Part shown: one piece after another, positions 63,461 to 64,000 of the stretch
Position numbering within the stretch: position 1 is the stretch's first letter
Layout of the letters: every line of letters begins with the position of its first letter
Source of the DNA: Basidiobolus meristosporus CBS 931.73
Lineage: Eukaryota; Fungi; Basidiobolomycota
Direction of reading: 5' to 3'
NCBI GenBank assembly: GCA_002104905.1
Contig: MCFE01000258.1
Coordinates: forward strand, 47,644-111,643
Length of the DNA stretch: 64,000 bases
Position numbers and translations under genes: made by a program
Notes under the pieces: generated by a model
Databases searched by the model: none
Told to the model about the DNA's origin: nothing
What the model saw: only the letters and a program-made list of their open reading frames with translations

Positions 63461-63611
63461 TTAGGGGGAGGGAAAGTCACCAAGTTGGTGAAATCTTTAT
63501 TTGAGTTAAGAACTAATCTAGGTACAAATAAAGAAGCCAATTAAGAGGTCTAGAACCTCTCTAATAAATAATCTAATTTATGTTTTGTTTCATCTCTAAT
63601 GTTTGTTTCAA
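63461..63611 (-). mobile_element. 3' tail of a third element family carrying the shared terminal motif
   Basis: Same TCACC/GGTGA hairpin and TCTTT/AAAGA stem with a different insert. Capped by TAGGGTTAGGGTTAGGGT. Confidence 0.7.
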
Positions 63612-63629
63612 TAGGGTTAGGGTTAGGGT
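63612..63629 (+). repeat. Interstitial telomeric repeats
   Basis: tagggttagggttagggt. Confidence 0.9.
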
Positions 63630-63796
63630 GAATAATGTAAGATGCCTTGTGCGGAGTTCGTTTTAAAGAATTATGTAGATGGGTTCGAAACGAAGTGGAT
63701 GTGAGATGTTTAGAGAGAGAAAAAATAAAGTAAACAGTAATTCGAAGAACTTTTATTTTTTGAAATGCTCGTAGGGACACATAATCTCCCGTAGAT

Positions 63797-64000
63797 TTAG
63801 GGTTAGGGTTAGGGTTAGGGTTAGGGTTAGGGTTAGGGTTAGGGTTAGGGTTAGGGTTAGGGTTAGGGTTAGGGTTAGGGTTAGGGTTAGGGTTAGGGTT
63901 AGGGTTAGGGTTAGGGTTAGGGTTAGGGTTAGGGTTAGGGTTAGGGTTAGGGTTAGGGTTAGGGTTAGGGTTAGGGTTAGGGTTAGGGTTAGGGTTAGGT
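63797..64000 (+). repeat. Telomere (TTAGGG)n, right chromosome end
   Basis: 33 perfect TTAGGG units plus a final TTAGGT. The G-rich strand runs 5'->3' towards the window end. Confidence 0.98.

Noticed and set aside
60383-63540. Shared 3' motif as a hammerhead or HDV-like ribozyme (it contains GGTGAAA and AGCCAAG)
   Set aside because: There is no CUGANGA core or UH site for a hammerhead, and no P1/P1.1 pairing for an HDV fold. It is kept only as a structured tail.

Overview
This is eukaryotic DNA, very probably fungal (features fit an early-diverging fungus, but that is inference), and it ends in the right-hand telomere: (TTAGGG)n at 63797-64000. There are four zones. (1) 1-16.1 kb is a CpG-depleted nest of transposons: several Ty1/Copia pieces and solo LTRs, a complete two-LTR element encoding only Gag and protease, and a decayed CACTA-like transposase. 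(2) 20.7-45.9 kb holds two convergent, intronless, giant secreted mucin/adhesin-like genes (2875 aa and 5193 aa). Both have Cys-rich CBM19-like end modules and hierarchical repeats, and they share a ~1 kb near-identical inverted block. (3) 46-56 kb holds a small secreted Cys protein, a frameshifted uricase pseudogene and a bacterial-type YhbS-like GNAT acetyltransferase. (4) 56.6-63.8 kb is the main find: a head-to-tail, single-orientation array of telomere-attached non-LTR retroelements separated by telomeric-repeat remnants. It contains two copies of an RT-only LINE-type element with no visible endonuclease, a second truncated LINE family, and a ~525 bp tRNA-derived SINE-like element in full-length and truncated copies. 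Seven of the 3' ends share one covarying double stem-loop that ends in a C-rich tail, usually joined to TAAC. This looks like a LINE+SINE system that retrotransposes onto chromosome ends alongside telomerase. All alignments and counts were done by eye, so boundaries of degenerate elements are approximate.
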